From a bacterium (GTDB taxonomy: Bacteria > Hinthialibacterota > Hinthialibacteria > Hinthialibacterales > Hinthialibacteraceae): a DNA stretch of 64,000 bases. The number at the start of each line of letters is the position of its first letter. Position 1 is the stretch's first letter. The stretch lies in assembly GCA_963662285.2 (NCBI GenBank), contig CAXXMV010000008.1, forward strand, positions 320,001 to 384,000. Direction: 5' to 3'. The position numbers were made by a program, and so were the translations under genes. The notes below the pieces were generated by a model. It was not told the DNA's origin and ran no database searches. It worked only from the letters and a program-made list of their open reading frames with translations. Shown here in pieces: positions 29,952-40,496 of this stretch.

Positions 29952-30440
29952 TTGAGGATAAACATGTCTATGTTCGATTATTGCTTCATTGTAATCGTCC
30001 TGATTCTTTGTTATTGGATATTCCAATTAAAGAAAGAAATCGAGCGGATTTCTGATGAAAGCGCTCATAAACCTCCCGAAACGCCATCCTTAACCATTCA
30101 TGATATGAAAATGCTTCAGTCATCTTTGGCTGAACTTGTTCAAGATGTTGAGCAATATACCGAATCTCAATTAAAAAAAATGTCCTTTCAAAGTCAAACT
30201 CTCCAATTATTGTGTCAAAGACTGGAAAAGAAGATGAAAGAAATTGAGGAACCTCCCGCTCCAGTTACTCAAATGTCTTCAACTCGAGTAGTTCCCCTAT
30301 CTTCAAAACAGAACTTTTCTAAGCACAAAGACCGGGACAAGATAATTGAACTATATAAAAAGGGCTGGCCGGAAGAAAAAATTGCTGAAGAACTGCGCAT
30401 CACTAAAGGTGAAGTCCAATTGATCGTGAATCTGGCTTAA
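29952..30440 (+). CDS. Membrane-anchored coiled-coil protein with C-terminal HTH-like domain (DUF6115/DUF2802/SwrB-like)
   Basis: N-terminal TM, coiled coil, and IIELYKKGWPEEKIAEELRITKGEVQLIVNL. Confidence 0.7.
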   Translation: MRINMSMFDYCFIVIVLILCYWIFQLKKEIERISDESAHKPPETPSLTIHDMKMLQSSLAELVQDVEQYTESQLKKMSFQSQTLQLLCQRLEKKMKEIEEPPAPVTQMSSTRVVPLSSKQNFSKHKDRDKIIELYKKGWPEEKIAEELRITKGEVQLIVNLA

Positions 30441-30506
30441 GAGCAATACCAAAGGGAGAAGGAATATCCGGGCGCCCAACATATTTCACAAGAACGTTAA
30501 TATCAT

Positions 30507-30531
30507 GTAGGGGTAACTCTTGTGGTTACCC
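30507..30531 (+). repeat. GTAG-type REP palindrome
   Basis: gtaggggtaactcttgtggttaccc; related to 19496-19521 with compensatory stem changes. Confidence 0.65.
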
Positions 30532-30592
30532 GGTTGGGGATTTCCCGTTTTGCATGAAGTGATTCAAGGACAATACAGAAAAGAATTGATTT

Positions 30593-31687
30593 ATGAACAT
30601 TGAAGATATCGAAGTAAAAATACAAAAATCAGAAAGAATTAACGAAGAGGAAGCGCTCTTTCTATTTAACTCCACCGATATCCATGCGCTGGGTCGTATG
30701 GCGGAAATAGTGCGCCAAAGATGGAATCAAAACACGGTTTATTATGTGGTTAACCGGCATATCAATTATAGCAATGTTTGTATGGATAACTGTAAATTCT
30801 GCGCTTTCTCAAAAAAAGAGGGACAACCGCAATCCTTTACCTACTCCATTGATGAAATGCTGCAAAAAGCCGAAGAAGGCGCCAGTAAAGGAGCGGTTGA
30901 GTTCCACATCGTTGGCGGGCTGCATCCTGAACTGCCTTACTCATATTATGTGGACCTGCTTCGCGCTTTAAAATCCGGCTTTCCTGACGTACATCTAAAA
31001 TGCTTTACTGCTGTGGAAATCTCTCATCTGGCGAATATTTCAGGAAAAACAATCATAGAGGTTTTACGCGACCTGATTAGCGCTGGTTTGGGTTCCCTGC
31101 CTGGTGGAGGAGCTGAGATGTTCGCCCAAAGGGTGCGCAATAGAGTATGTCCGGACAAACTATATGTTGAAGAATGGAAAGAGGTTCACCGCACCGCTCA
31201 TGGCATGGGCATTAAAAGCAACGCCACCATGCTTTACGGACACATTGAAACGCCGGAAGAGATTATCGACCATCTATCGCACCTACGGCCTTTACAAGAT
31301 GAAACCAAGGGCTTTATGACCTTCATTCCCCTAAGGTTTCAATCAAGAAATACGCGGCTTGAAGGCGTAATGTGCTCCGGGATTAAAGATTTACATGTAC
31401 ATGCGGTTTCACGTATTTATCTTGATAATTTTCCTCACATCAAATCCTATTGGACTATGCTGGGCGTTAAAACCGCACAGGTAATGCTGCGCTTCGGCGC
31501 CGACGATTTCGACGGGACCGTTATTGACGAGAAGATTGTTCACATGGCCGGTTCAACCTCTCCCAGCGTGATGCGCGTATCAAATATCCGCAGGCTGATC
31601 GCAGAAGCAGGCCGTGATCCTATCGAGCGCGATACGCTATTCAATCCGATCATACGGGATAAACCGCTTCCCAGCGCTATCGCATAG
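30593..31687 (+). CDS. mqnE: Aminofutalosine synthase (radical SAM, futalosine menaquinone pathway)
   Basis: NRHINYSNVCMDNCKFC, HIVGGLHP, PGGGAE, NATMLYGHIE and HIKSYW motifs. Confidence 0.9.
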   Translation: MNIEDIEVKIQKSERINEEEALFLFNSTDIHALGRMAEIVRQRWNQNTVYYVVNRHINYSNVCMDNCKFCAFSKKEGQPQSFTYSIDEMLQKAEEGASKGAVEFHIVGGLHPELPYSYYVDLLRALKSGFPDVHLKCFTAVEISHLANISGKTIIEVLRDLISAGLGSLPGGGAEMFAQRVRNRVCPDKLYVEEWKEVHRTAHGMGIKSNATMLYGHIETPEEIIDHLSHLRPLQDETKGFMTFIPLRFQSRNTRLEGVMCSGIKDLHVHAVSRIYLDNFPHIKSYWTMLGVKTAQVMLRFGADDFDGTVIDEKIVHMAGSTSPSVMRVSNIRRLIAEAGRDPIERDTLFNPIIRDKPLPSAIA

Positions 31688-31755
31688 GTGTTTAATAATT
31701 GGATTTAGGCATATTCTAGATATCAGGTATTGTCAAATATATAAAGGCGAGTTAT

Positions 31756-33084
31756 ATGGCCGAATTACCTTCAGCATTAAAAGATATCGAACTACTCATT
31801 CTGGATATGGATGGCGTTATAACCAGCGAGGCCGCTTATTGGGACGTGGCCGGTCTGGTAGTGCGTGATATACTGGAAAGCCCGGCTTATTTACGGCTCA
31901 GTCCACCTGATTACACGCCAATCGCAGATATTTTTTATCAACGCTTAAGACGCTGTTCTCGTTCTGAACGGCGGAAATACCTTCCTCCCGGGCTGATTAG
32001 CAGCTGCAAGACACGGGGAATAAACAGTAACTGGGACTTGGCTTATTTAGTAGTCGGCCTTTATATCGCCCCGTTATTTGCGCCATTTTCCATGTTCAAT
32101 AGAGCGCTGTTTGCAGAATTGCCTCCTTCATATTCCACTGACGAAGAGAATAAAGAAGAAAAAGAAGCCTATGATTCAAACAAAAGTATGTTAAAAAATG
32201 CATTCTCTCCTATTTGGGCGCGTCTACAAAACATGGCTTCGAACAATGAGTGGCACAACTACCTTCGCTTGAAAGACTTACATCTATGGAGCGAATGGTT
32301 TCGCAACAGAAAATGCACTATCGCGCCTATCCATAACATAGCCATGCGTATTATGGATGATTTTCACCCTGATGTTTGCGGCATCAAACTTTTAGAAGAA
32401 TTAAACAAATTAATTGATGATGATCCAGCAGGGCGCATCCCCATATTCGGACGAAAAACAGCTTTATGGGAAGAATGCCGCGACCTGTTTCAACAGTGGT
32501 ATCTTGGCGAGGAACTTTATCAGGAGACTTATGGATCAACTTTCATTTTCAGACCCAAGCCGGGATTGATTCATAATGAAGAGCCTTTACATGGCCTAAC
32601 CAAAACCCATGCCGCGTTATCAAATCTGCGTGACGCCGGTTTCAAACTTGGCGTCTGCACCGGACGCCCCCGGATGGAGATCATCACCCCGCTAGATGAA
32701 TGGGGTATGTTGAAATACTTTGAAACAAACCGCATCGTAACTCACGACGACGTAGATCAAGCGGAAAAGGAACTATCACAAACCGGCGTCAAGCATAACC
32801 TGGGCAAGCCGCATCCATTCTCCTTTATGCAATCAATCAGACCGGGACAAAGCGTGGAAGATATCTACCAACAATGCGATGCGCCGCTGCCTGACCGCAA
32901 TAAAATATTAATTGTAGGCGACGCTATGGCGGATATTTGGGCGGCCAAGAAGATTGATTGTCCCTGCGCAGCATTGTTATCAGGCGCACTGGGAGAATCA
33001 GCTCGAAAAGATTTTGAAGCAACCAAACCGGATATCATATGTAAAGACATTTTGGAATTGACGGAATTATTGATAAATCGTTGA
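31756..33084 (+). CDS. HAD superfamily hydrolase with large cap
   Basis: DMDGV, TGRP, KPHP and VGDAMAD motifs. Confidence 0.85.
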   Translation: MAELPSALKDIELLILDMDGVITSEAAYWDVAGLVVRDILESPAYLRLSPPDYTPIADIFYQRLRRCSRSERRKYLPPGLISSCKTRGINSNWDLAYLVVGLYIAPLFAPFSMFNRALFAELPPSYSTDEENKEEKEAYDSNKSMLKNAFSPIWARLQNMASNNEWHNYLRLKDLHLWSEWFRNRKCTIAPIHNIAMRIMDDFHPDVCGIKLLEELNKLIDDDPAGRIPIFGRKTALWEECRDLFQQWYLGEELYQETYGSTFIFRPKPGLIHNEEPLHGLTKTHAALSNLRDAGFKLGVCTGRPRMEIITPLDEWGMLKYFETNRIVTHDDVDQAEKELSQTGVKHNLGKPHPFSFMQSIRPGQSVEDIYQQCDAPLPDRNKILIVGDAMADIWAAKKIDCPCAALLSGALGESARKDFEATKPDIICKDILELTELLINR

Positions 33085-33131
33085 CATTATCAGGAATCAC
33101 TGACTGATTTCATTGGAATATGCAGGTAGTC

Positions 33132-33887
33132 CTAATGTCCAACGAGGATGCGGTCGGCAAGTTTACCCGGTAGTTTCGCCTGTCGAATATAATCAGACTC
33201 GGCTTTTTTATTATAATTATAACGATAAAAGGTCACGCTAAGATCATCATCATCAAAAACAATGAATGAAGCCTTGGGATCTTCATCGCGAGGCTGACCG
33301 ATGCTGCCTGGATTAATCATATAACGGGCTGATTGATCAAGATAAAAGGTGTGATTGCTCTTTTTGATGATTTTGCAATTGATATCATCACCATTTTTAC
33401 GACCAGGATATTGAGTAAAAACCGCAGGTACATGAGTATGCCCGAAGAAACCGATGGGAGTAGGCATGGCATTCATGGAAACGCGGGCTTCATCATTAGT
33501 AGTAACATAGTGAAATTTTTCCGGTTCGGAAAAATCGGCGTGAGTTAACGAGACCAGTTGACCGATTTTTCGTGTGAAAGGCAACTCAACCAGCATTTTG
33601 CGATATGCTGGCAGGAGTATCTTGGCATGCCATTCGATTACATGTAAAGCATTTTCATTGAATTTGATTCGTTCTTCGGTGGAATAAATAGCATAATCAT
33701 GATTCCCCATAATAATGGGAATATCCCGTTCTATTAAAAGACGGATGCATTCATTTGGACGCGCAGCATAGCCGACGACATCTCCCAGGCAGATGCGCTT
33801 GAGGTTGGATGCCGAGTCGGTTTGGACCAGAAAGGTCTTCAACGCTTCGTAATTGCTATGGATATCACTAAAGACTGCATATTTCAT
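33132..33887 (-). CDS. Metallophosphoesterase (calcineurin-like)
   Basis: SDIHSN, LGDVVGY, GNHD, GHTH and NPGSIGQPRD motifs. Confidence 0.92.
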   Translation of the reverse strand: MKYAVFSDIHSNYEALKTFLVQTDSASNLKRICLGDVVGYAARPNECIRLLIERDIPIIMGNHDYAIYSTEERIKFNENALHVIEWHAKILLPAYRKMLVELPFTRKIGQLVSLTHADFSEPEKFHYVTTNDEARVSMNAMPTPIGFFGHTHVPAVFTQYPGRKNGDDINCKIIKKSNHTFYLDQSARYMINPGSIGQPRDEDPKASFIVFDDDDLSVTFYRYNYNKKAESDYIRQAKLPGKLADRILVGH

Positions 33888-33895
33888 AGAATATA

Positions 33896-35716
33896 TTATC
33901 GACCGCGCAAACGTCGAGCTTGAATATCAAATTTCAAAGCTTTGATATCCTCCCCTTTTTCTTCCGCTCTAAGCGCAAAGCGCCATGCGTCATCATGAAA
34001 CATCATTGAGTTTAATAGGAAAGCTAATTTGCTATAAAAAAGGCCGTCTCCTTCACCAGTTGCAGCAGCCATCTTCCAATATTCTATAGCTTTACGAGGA
34101 TTATTTACCGAGAGATAAAGGCTTCCAAGGCGATATAATTGTCTATAAGAATTTGTTGAACAACGAGCGGCCTGTTCGGTCCATTCTTCTCCCTGATGCA
34201 TACGATTAGATTCAATACTGATTTCCGCTAATCGAAGAAAACTCTCTATATGATGCGGATCGAGTTGGATTACTCTTTCGAGGTACTCATACTGTTCCTG
34301 ATTTTTCCCCATCCTTTGATAAAGATTAGCCAAACGGAAATAAAATGGAACCTTATCCTCACATTTGTCTGTTGCTATTTTTAGCAGCGCTTCCGCCTTA
34401 TCAGCTTCACCACGTTTAAGTAAAAGAGCGATCAAGCCGTGATAAGCAGAAGACAATAGAGGATCAAGGCGTATGGCTTCACGATAATGAAGTTCGGCTT
34501 CATCGGTCAAAGTGAGCGCCTGGTATGCTTTTCCCATTGATTCATGAAGAGAAGCGTTTCTAGACATACCGGCCAATGCGGCTTTTAATTCAAGAAGCGC
34601 CCTTTGATACTCGCCCTCCATATAACTATATTGCCCCAGATGATTATAAATATCAGAATTATCGGGATCGAGTTTAATGGCCTTCATCAATTCTTCGCGT
34701 GCTCTTTTATATTGCATTAAAAGAGCAAATGATTCTGATCTATCTATATATTCATCTACGCTAATCTGTGAACCTATTTGATATGATTCAGGATAATGAT
34801 TGAATCGAAACTCGAATAACTCTACTAATTCCATGCGCACGTCGTCAAAAGAGTTATATCGGTTGTCAGGATTCTTTTCCAGACAGACCATGATCAATGA
34901 GTTCAAATCATCGGGGATAGTACGATGTATCTCCCTGGGTGATCTGGGCTGTTCACGCACCTGAGCCAATATGGTTTGTTCAACCGTATCCCGATGAAAA
35001 GGAAGACGCCTGGTAGTCATATAATAAAGTATACAACCCAGCGAATAGATATCAGAACGGGTGTCAAGCGTTTCACACTTACACTGCTCCGGTGAAGCAT
35101 AAGCAGGAGTTCCCTCCATACGTCGAGCCAATTCAATGGGATGATAGGGTAAATCAACGTCATACTGATATTTAGGGGACGAGAAATCATCAGACTCAAT
35201 ACTCAGAGTCATGCCGAAATCAGATATTTTAGGTATACCGTCCTGGCCAATCAATATATTCTCAGATTTCAGATCCCGGTGAACTAAAGGAGGTATTTTA
35301 CCAACGGCGTGAATCATTCCATCGCAAATATGTATGGCGATCTGTAATATGCGCTGTAATTCTATGGTTTGAGTGAATAAAAGGTCTTTTAAGGTTGAGC
35401 CTCTGGGATTATCAGCGACGACTCTTTCAAGAAAGAGATAGGGATGATCATCAATCAGTTTGAGATATTTAGCTTCGACGATATTCGGATGGCGCTCCAA
35501 TTGAATCCAGGTGGATGCTTCGTTGAGGAAACTGCGGCGATTCTTTTCTGAATATAGATACCGGTTATCAAAAGTTTTTATGGCGATAGGTTGGTTGTAT
35601 TTTCTATCCAGGCATAGATAGACGAATCCCATATTGCCGCGTTTGATGTCTTCTACAAGATATCTGCGCTCAATTATATCTCCTTTGACAAAAGGTTCCC
35701 TCTCAATTAAAGACAT
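33896..35716 (-). CDS. Hanks-type Ser/Thr protein kinase with C-terminal TPR repeats
   Basis: GNMGFVY, IAIK, HRDLKSEN, DFG, GTPAYASPEQ and DIYSLG; TPR helices; no TM segment. Confidence 0.92.
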   Translation of the reverse strand: MSLIEREPFVKGDIIERRYLVEDIKRGNMGFVYLCLDRKYNQPIAIKTFDNRYLYSEKNRRSFLNEASTWIQLERHPNIVEAKYLKLIDDHPYLFLERVVADNPRGSTLKDLLFTQTIELQRILQIAIHICDGMIHAVGKIPPLVHRDLKSENILIGQDGIPKISDFGMTLSIESDDFSSPKYQYDVDLPYHPIELARRMEGTPAYASPEQCKCETLDTRSDIYSLGCILYYMTTRRLPFHRDTVEQTILAQVREQPRSPREIHRTIPDDLNSLIMVCLEKNPDNRYNSFDDVRMELVELFEFRFNHYPESYQIGSQISVDEYIDRSESFALLMQYKRAREELMKAIKLDPDNSDIYNHLGQYSYMEGEYQRALLELKAALAGMSRNASLHESMGKAYQALTLTDEAELHYREAIRLDPLLSSAYHGLIALLLKRGEADKAEALLKIATDKCEDKVPFYFRLANLYQRMGKNQEQYEYLERVIQLDPHHIESFLRLAEISIESNRMHQGEEWTEQAARCSTNSYRQLYRLGSLYLSVNNPRKAIEYWKMAAATGEGDGLFYSKLAFLLNSMMFHDDAWRFALRAEEKGEDIKALKFDIQARRLRGR

Positions 35717-35847
35717 AATTTATATCACCCCATACAACCTGAAAAATCATATAAAACCCAGCAGTGTATAAATTACAGCAAGCCCCTCAATTAATTTATT
35801 GTAAACCATTCATGATAATTATCGAATGGTGAAATGCAGTGGAAAAC

Positions 35848-35876
35848 TTGACGAATATTTTTTTTCCTCTCATAGT
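35848..35876 (+). promoter_or_regulatory. Candidate sigma70 promoter of xylA
   Basis: TTGACG-17 bp-CATAGT; AGGAG RBS before ATG 35912. Confidence 0.45.
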
Positions 35877-35911
35877 TATATAAGTATTTAAGAAGATAGG
35901 AGTTTTTAATT

Positions 35912-37225
35912 ATGACTGAATATTTTTCCGGAATCAAAAAAATTGAATTTGAAGGACCGGATTCAAAAAATCCACTGGCTTTCAAACATTATAACCCAAA
36001 AGAAGCCGTAATGGGTAAAACTATGGCGGATCACCTTCGTTTCGCCGTTTGCTACTGGCATACATTCAAAGGTCTAGGCGGCGATCCGTTCGGACCAGGA
36101 ACCATGATTCGCGAATACAACGATTCCGATGATCCAATGAAAGTGGCGGAAATGACTTTGGACGCTGCTTTTGAATTTTTCACTAAATTGGGCGTCCATT
36201 ACTGGTGCTTCCATGACCGCGATATCTCTCCCGAAGCCGATACGTTGCAAGAAACCAACAAACGCCTGGATCATATCGTGGCTCTTGCCAAAAAGAAACA
36301 AGAAGAGACCGGCCTCAAACTTCTGTGGGGAACCAGCAACATGTTCTCCCACCGCCGTTTCCTGGCGGGAGCGGGAACCAATCCGTCGCCCAAAATATTC
36401 GCCTACGCCGCCAGCCAGGTCAAAAAGGCCATGGAAGTCACCAAAGAACTGGGCGGTCAGGGTTATGTATTCTGGGGAGGCCGTGAAGGATATGACACTC
36501 TGCTTAATACCGATATGGGACGGGAACTCGATCATCTGGGACGGTTATTGCAGATGGCGGTTGATTATAAAAAAGAGATCGGCTTCGACGGTCAGTTCTA
36601 CATCGAACCCAAACCCAAAGAACCTACCAAGCACCAATACGACTTCGATTCGGGCAACTGTCATGCATTCCTGCAAAAATACGGCCTGGCCGACCATTTC
36701 AAGATGAATATCGAATCGAACCACGCCACTCTGGCCGGACATAGTTTCCATCACGAATTGGAATACTGCGCCGCCAACGGCATCCTGGGTTCAGTCGACG
36801 CCAACCGGGGCGACATGCTGCTGGGATGGGATACAGACCAGTTCCCTACCGATATCTACGAAACCACTATGGCCATGTACACCATAATCAGATCAGGTGG
36901 ATTCACTACTGGCGGCTTGAACTTTGACGCAAAAGTCCGCCGTCAGTCAATTGACGGCGCCGACCTGTTCCATGCCCACATCGGTTCAATGGACGCCTTC
37001 GCCCGTGGACTGAAAATCGCCGCGAAATTGATCGAAGATAAGGCTCTTGAGAACTTCGTCAATCAGCGTTACGCCGGTTGGGATGAAGAATTAGGCGCCA
37101 AGATCGAAAAAGGCGAATTAGGTTTTGCTGAACTTGAAGCATACACCCTGGAAAACGGAGAACCGGAAGTTCAGAGCGGTCGTCAGGAAATGATTGAGAA
37201 TGTGTTGAACAACTACATCTGCTAG
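35912..37225 (+). CDS. xylA: Xylose isomerase (class II)
   Basis: [35 protein letters not shown] and GWDTDQF motifs. Confidence 0.98.
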   Translation: MTEYFSGIKKIEFEGPDSKNPLAFKHYNPKEAVMGKTMADHLRFAVCYWHTFKGLGGDPFGPGTMIREYNDSDDPMKVAEMTLDAAFEFFTKLGVHYWCFHDRDISPEADTLQETNKRLDHIVALAKKKQEETGLKLLWGTSNMFSHRRFLAGAGTNPSPKIFAYAASQVKKAMEVTKELGGQGYVFWGGREGYDTLLNTDMGRELDHLGRLLQMAVDYKKEIGFDGQFYIEPKPKEPTKHQYDFDSGNCHAFLQKYGLADHFKMNIESNHATLAGHSFHHELEYCAANGILGSVDANRGDMLLGWDTDQFPTDIYETTMAMYTIIRSGGFTTGGLNFDAKVRRQSIDGADLFHAHIGSMDAFARGLKIAAKLIEDKALENFVNQRYAGWDEELGAKIEKGELGFAELEAYTLENGEPEVQSGRQEMIENVLNNYIC

Positions 37226-37233
37226 TTATTCCC

Positions 37234-37304
37234 GGTGGGTCGGAGAAACGTGACCCACCCTACATGGATATTTAACACTACGGGACGCGGGAAACTGCGT
37301 CCCG
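37234..37304. repeat. Two REP-like palindromes downstream of xylA
   Basis: The reverse complement of 37234-37263 is gtagggtgggtcacgtttctccgacccacc; cgggacgcgggaaactgcgtcccg lies at 37281-37304. Confidence 0.6.
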
Positions 37305-37355
37305 TTTTCTATATACATCGAGTTAAATGGAAATAATGAATACACAGAAGAAATC

Positions 37356-37553
37356 GGGTGGCAAGGGCAGTGTATTTTCTGCCCTTGATTTAGTTCACCT
37401 AATATATTTCCATAGTTTTTATCAACAATCCACGTTGAAAGCAGAATGAAATCCAATTTATAACTCTTGTAATTGGATTATAAAGAATCAAGGTTCATTT
37501 TCTTTTACCAAAGTTTTCAGTCAAGGGCAGAAAGGACGCTGCCCTTGGCACCC
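37356..37553. mobile_element. MITE/REPIN-like element, copy 2 (198 bp)
   Basis: Left end identical to 2677-2710; right end gtcaagggcagaaaggacgctgcccttggcaccc (37520-37553). Confidence 0.7.
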
Positions 37554-37577
37554 TCCCAGCATCACATTGGATTCCCA

Positions 37578-40460
37578 CTACCGATCCAACAACTCATTCA
37601 GTATACGATCATAAATTTCTCGTACCGCATGGGTGTGAGAATCGACCGACTTGAGGAAAGATTCTGAATCGATGTCGTCAATATCCAAATGCTGGGTATA
37701 TCGCCGTGTCAATTTATTTAATTCATGAGGAGAATCGGGCAGGACGTCAAGCGACGCATTGTCGACGATGCGCAGGCGGTTTTCCACATCGCGCAGAAAT
37801 TCATAGGATTTAATCAGCTGAGCAGAATCTTGATCTGAAAGCAGACCTTCCTTGGAAGCGGCGCGCAGGATGCCAAAGGTTGAGGTCAAGCGGATGGATG
37901 GATGCGCGTAACCATAGCATAACAATATTGCCTGGGCGATAAACTCCACATCGACTAATCCGCCGGGTCCGGCCTTGAGTTTCTCACGGCCTTTTTCCTT
38001 TTCAATCTTCTTGCGCATATCCAGAATGGATTGGATATCCTCTTTTGTTGGAGGAGATGTAAAGAGTATTTCCTCTTTGAGAGTTTCCAGGGCTAAGCGA
38101 ATTTCAGGATTACCACAGATATAACGCGCGCGGGATAGAGCCATTTTCTCCCAGAACTGCGCTTGCTTACGGTAGTATTCAGCGAAGGTTTCCATGCTGG
38201 AAGCCTGCGGTCCGCTGGCGCCATGAGGCCTGAGACGTAAATCTGGATGATAGAGAAAACCTAACGGGGCGTTATGCTCCAGATAGGTAGTCATTTTGGC
38301 CGCCCAACGCTGGAAATATTCTTCCGATGCGACGCCGCCCAGAGATGATGACTTGTTATAAACATAAACTACATCACAATCAGAGGCGACATTAAATTCG
38401 CGCCCGCCTAACTTGCCGAAACCCAGGATGGCTACCTCGTCGCCATGCTCAGCGGAAAAATCGTGATACCTTTTCTGCATCTGTTCACGAACCGGATCAA
38501 GGCTTTCATCCAACACGAAATCTGCAATCTGAGCTAGATTCATACCCATTTGCTCAACGTCATCCAGTCCCAGAATAAAACGGATGCCGCTGCGGAACAT
38601 AGCGGAATTCTGCACCCTTAAAAGATGATCGCGGTGAGATTCTTTTAAGTAGATTTTTTCAATAATTTGTAGATGATCTTCTAAAAGAATAGTAGTAACC
38701 ACTTCATCCAGGAAACCATCCCGTCCAATGGTCTCCATCAGAGAGGGATCGCGCATGATAAGACGGGTAAGGAAACTGCTGCAACTGATAACGGATATCA
38801 AAAGTTTAAGAAAAGACGGTTGATCGGATAACGTTTCATAAAGCGCAGAACGAGCCTTAAAACGGGATATAAGTTGTTCAAAATTTGCCAGAGCAAGATC
38901 GGGATCAGGGCATTCTTTTAAACAAAGCAGAAAACGCGGCAGGAAGGATTTGAACAACCGGGTGGTTTTAGTTTGCAAATGCAAGTCAGGCGATTTATTG
39001 AGATGCTTGATGAAAGAAAAAGCCCGTTTGGCGTCGTCAAATCCGTAGAACATCAATATATCATTTATTTCATCAGAGAATTTATCATCATCTATCAGAA
39101 AATCAAAATTATCCTGCCATTCGTCACGCTGGAAAACGCCGTTATATATGGTGCGAATATCTTTGCTGGTTTTATTATATTGTTCATATAATGCCTGCCA
39201 TGAATCAATCCCCATGCTCTGAGCCAAACGCTCACGTCCTTCAGAATCAGTAGGTAAATCATAAACCTGTTGATCAGCCACCATCTGCATACGGTGTTCG
39301 ATGCGGCGCAGAAAACGGTAAGCGGTTGAAAGAGTATTAAAATCTTTAGAGTGCAGCAGGTGACTTTCATACATGCGTTGCAGAGAGACCAAGGTTCCAG
39401 CCAGTTTAATCTCAGGATACTGGCCACCATAGAGCATCTGCACCGCCTGGACGAAGAACTCGATATCCCTTATGCCGCCGTATCCGTTTTTGAAATTGTT
39501 GGCTTGTTGATCCGAAGAACCGATATTATCGAGCGACCTCTCGCGCATAGCGTCGATGCCGCGCAATACTTCGGCGATTTCAATTTCATCAACATAGCGC
39601 CGGTAAGTGAAAGGAGTGATGATTCTGCTGAATTTTTCGCCTAATACCGGATCGCCCGCAACCGGTCTGGCTTTCAATAAGGCCTGCCGTTCCCAATTTT
39701 GGCCATAAGTCTGATAGTAGTGTTCTACCTTAAATAACGATACGGCTAAAGCCCCGCTGTCTCCTTCAGGACGTAGACGGTTATCAATCCGGTAGAGAAA
39801 ACCATTGGCAGTTGATTTACCCAGCAGATCGCAGATGCCCTGCGCCAATTGAGTGAAGAAAGTGAGATTCTCAACAGCTGGTTGAGTTGCTCCAGTGGTC
39901 ATTCCATCATGGTCGTAAACAAACATCAGATCAATGTCAGAACTGAAGTTCAGTTCACGCCCGCCATGTTTACCCATAGATACAACAACCATTTGCGATG
40001 TTTCGGAATCATCCTCATTACGCGGTTGACCATATTGAGTGATTAATTGATCCAGGATCAATTTGTAGACTACGTCAATCACTACATCGCCGAGATCGGA
40101 AAGTTCTTCAGTTATTTGCTGAATATCAGCCAGATCGCACAGGTCGCGCCAGGCGATTCGTACAATATGCTGACGGTGAAATTTCCGCAACGCCGATTCA
40201 GGATCATCTGCATTTTGCATTGATTCATGCAATTGCGTTCTGAGAGTCTCTTTATCAATGGATTTATCAAGAACATTATCTGGCAAAAGAGGCAGAATCA
40301 ATTCCGGTTTGCCGGAACAAATAGCAGCCAAGCGGGGCGAATATCGAGCCAGAACGTTTAACCGATCCTTGAGAAGATCAGATAAAGTTGCTGCATCGCA
40401 CCCGTTATGCTGCAACGCGCTGATTAAATTTTCCAAACCGGGAAAGGAGTCTGTAGACAT
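37578..40460 (-). CDS. glnE: Bifunctional glutamine synthetase adenylyltransferase/adenylyl-removing enzyme
   Basis: Two NTase domains: MGKHGGRELNFSSDIDL..RLRPEG..WERQALLKAR and GFGKLGGREFNVASDCD..DLRLRPHG. Confidence 0.96.
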   Translation of the reverse strand: MSTDSFPGLENLISALQHNGCDAATLSDLLKDRLNVLARYSPRLAAICSGKPELILPLLPDNVLDKSIDKETLRTQLHESMQNADDPESALRKFHRQHIVRIAWRDLCDLADIQQITEELSDLGDVVIDVVYKLILDQLITQYGQPRNEDDSETSQMVVVSMGKHGGRELNFSSDIDLMFVYDHDGMTTGATQPAVENLTFFTQLAQGICDLLGKSTANGFLYRIDNRLRPEGDSGALAVSLFKVEHYYQTYGQNWERQALLKARPVAGDPVLGEKFSRIITPFTYRRYVDEIEIAEVLRGIDAMRERSLDNIGSSDQQANNFKNGYGGIRDIEFFVQAVQMLYGGQYPEIKLAGTLVSLQRMYESHLLHSKDFNTLSTAYRFLRRIEHRMQMVADQQVYDLPTDSEGRERLAQSMGIDSWQALYEQYNKTSKDIRTIYNGVFQRDEWQDNFDFLIDDDKFSDEINDILMFYGFDDAKRAFSFIKHLNKSPDLHLQTKTTRLFKSFLPRFLLCLKECPDPDLALANFEQLISRFKARSALYETLSDQPSFLKLLISVISCSSFLTRLIMRDPSLMETIGRDGFLDEVVTTILLEDHLQIIEKIYLKESHRDHLLRVQNSAMFRSGIRFILGLDDVEQMGMNLAQIADFVLDESLDPVREQMQKRYHDFSAEHGDEVAILGFGKLGGREFNVASDCDVVYVYNKSSSLGGVASEEYFQRWAAKMTTYLEHNAPLGFLYHPDLRLRPHGASGPQASSMETFAEYYRKQAQFWEKMALSRARYICGNPEIRLALETLKEEILFTSPPTKEDIQSILDMRKKIEKEKGREKLKAGPGGLVDVEFIAQAILLCYGYAHPSIRLTSTFGILRAASKEGLLSDQDSAQLIKSYEFLRDVENRLRIVDNASLDVLPDSPHELNKLTRRYTQHLDIDDIDSESFLKSVDSHTHAVREIYDRILNELLDR

Positions 40461-40496
40461 AGTAGATTTGTTTGTTATAACAGTTTTTTAGAAATT

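Noticed and set aside
35802-35828. Sigma-28 promoter TAAA-N15-ATCGAATG
   Set aside because: The -10 element is a poor match to GCCGATAA; not supportable.
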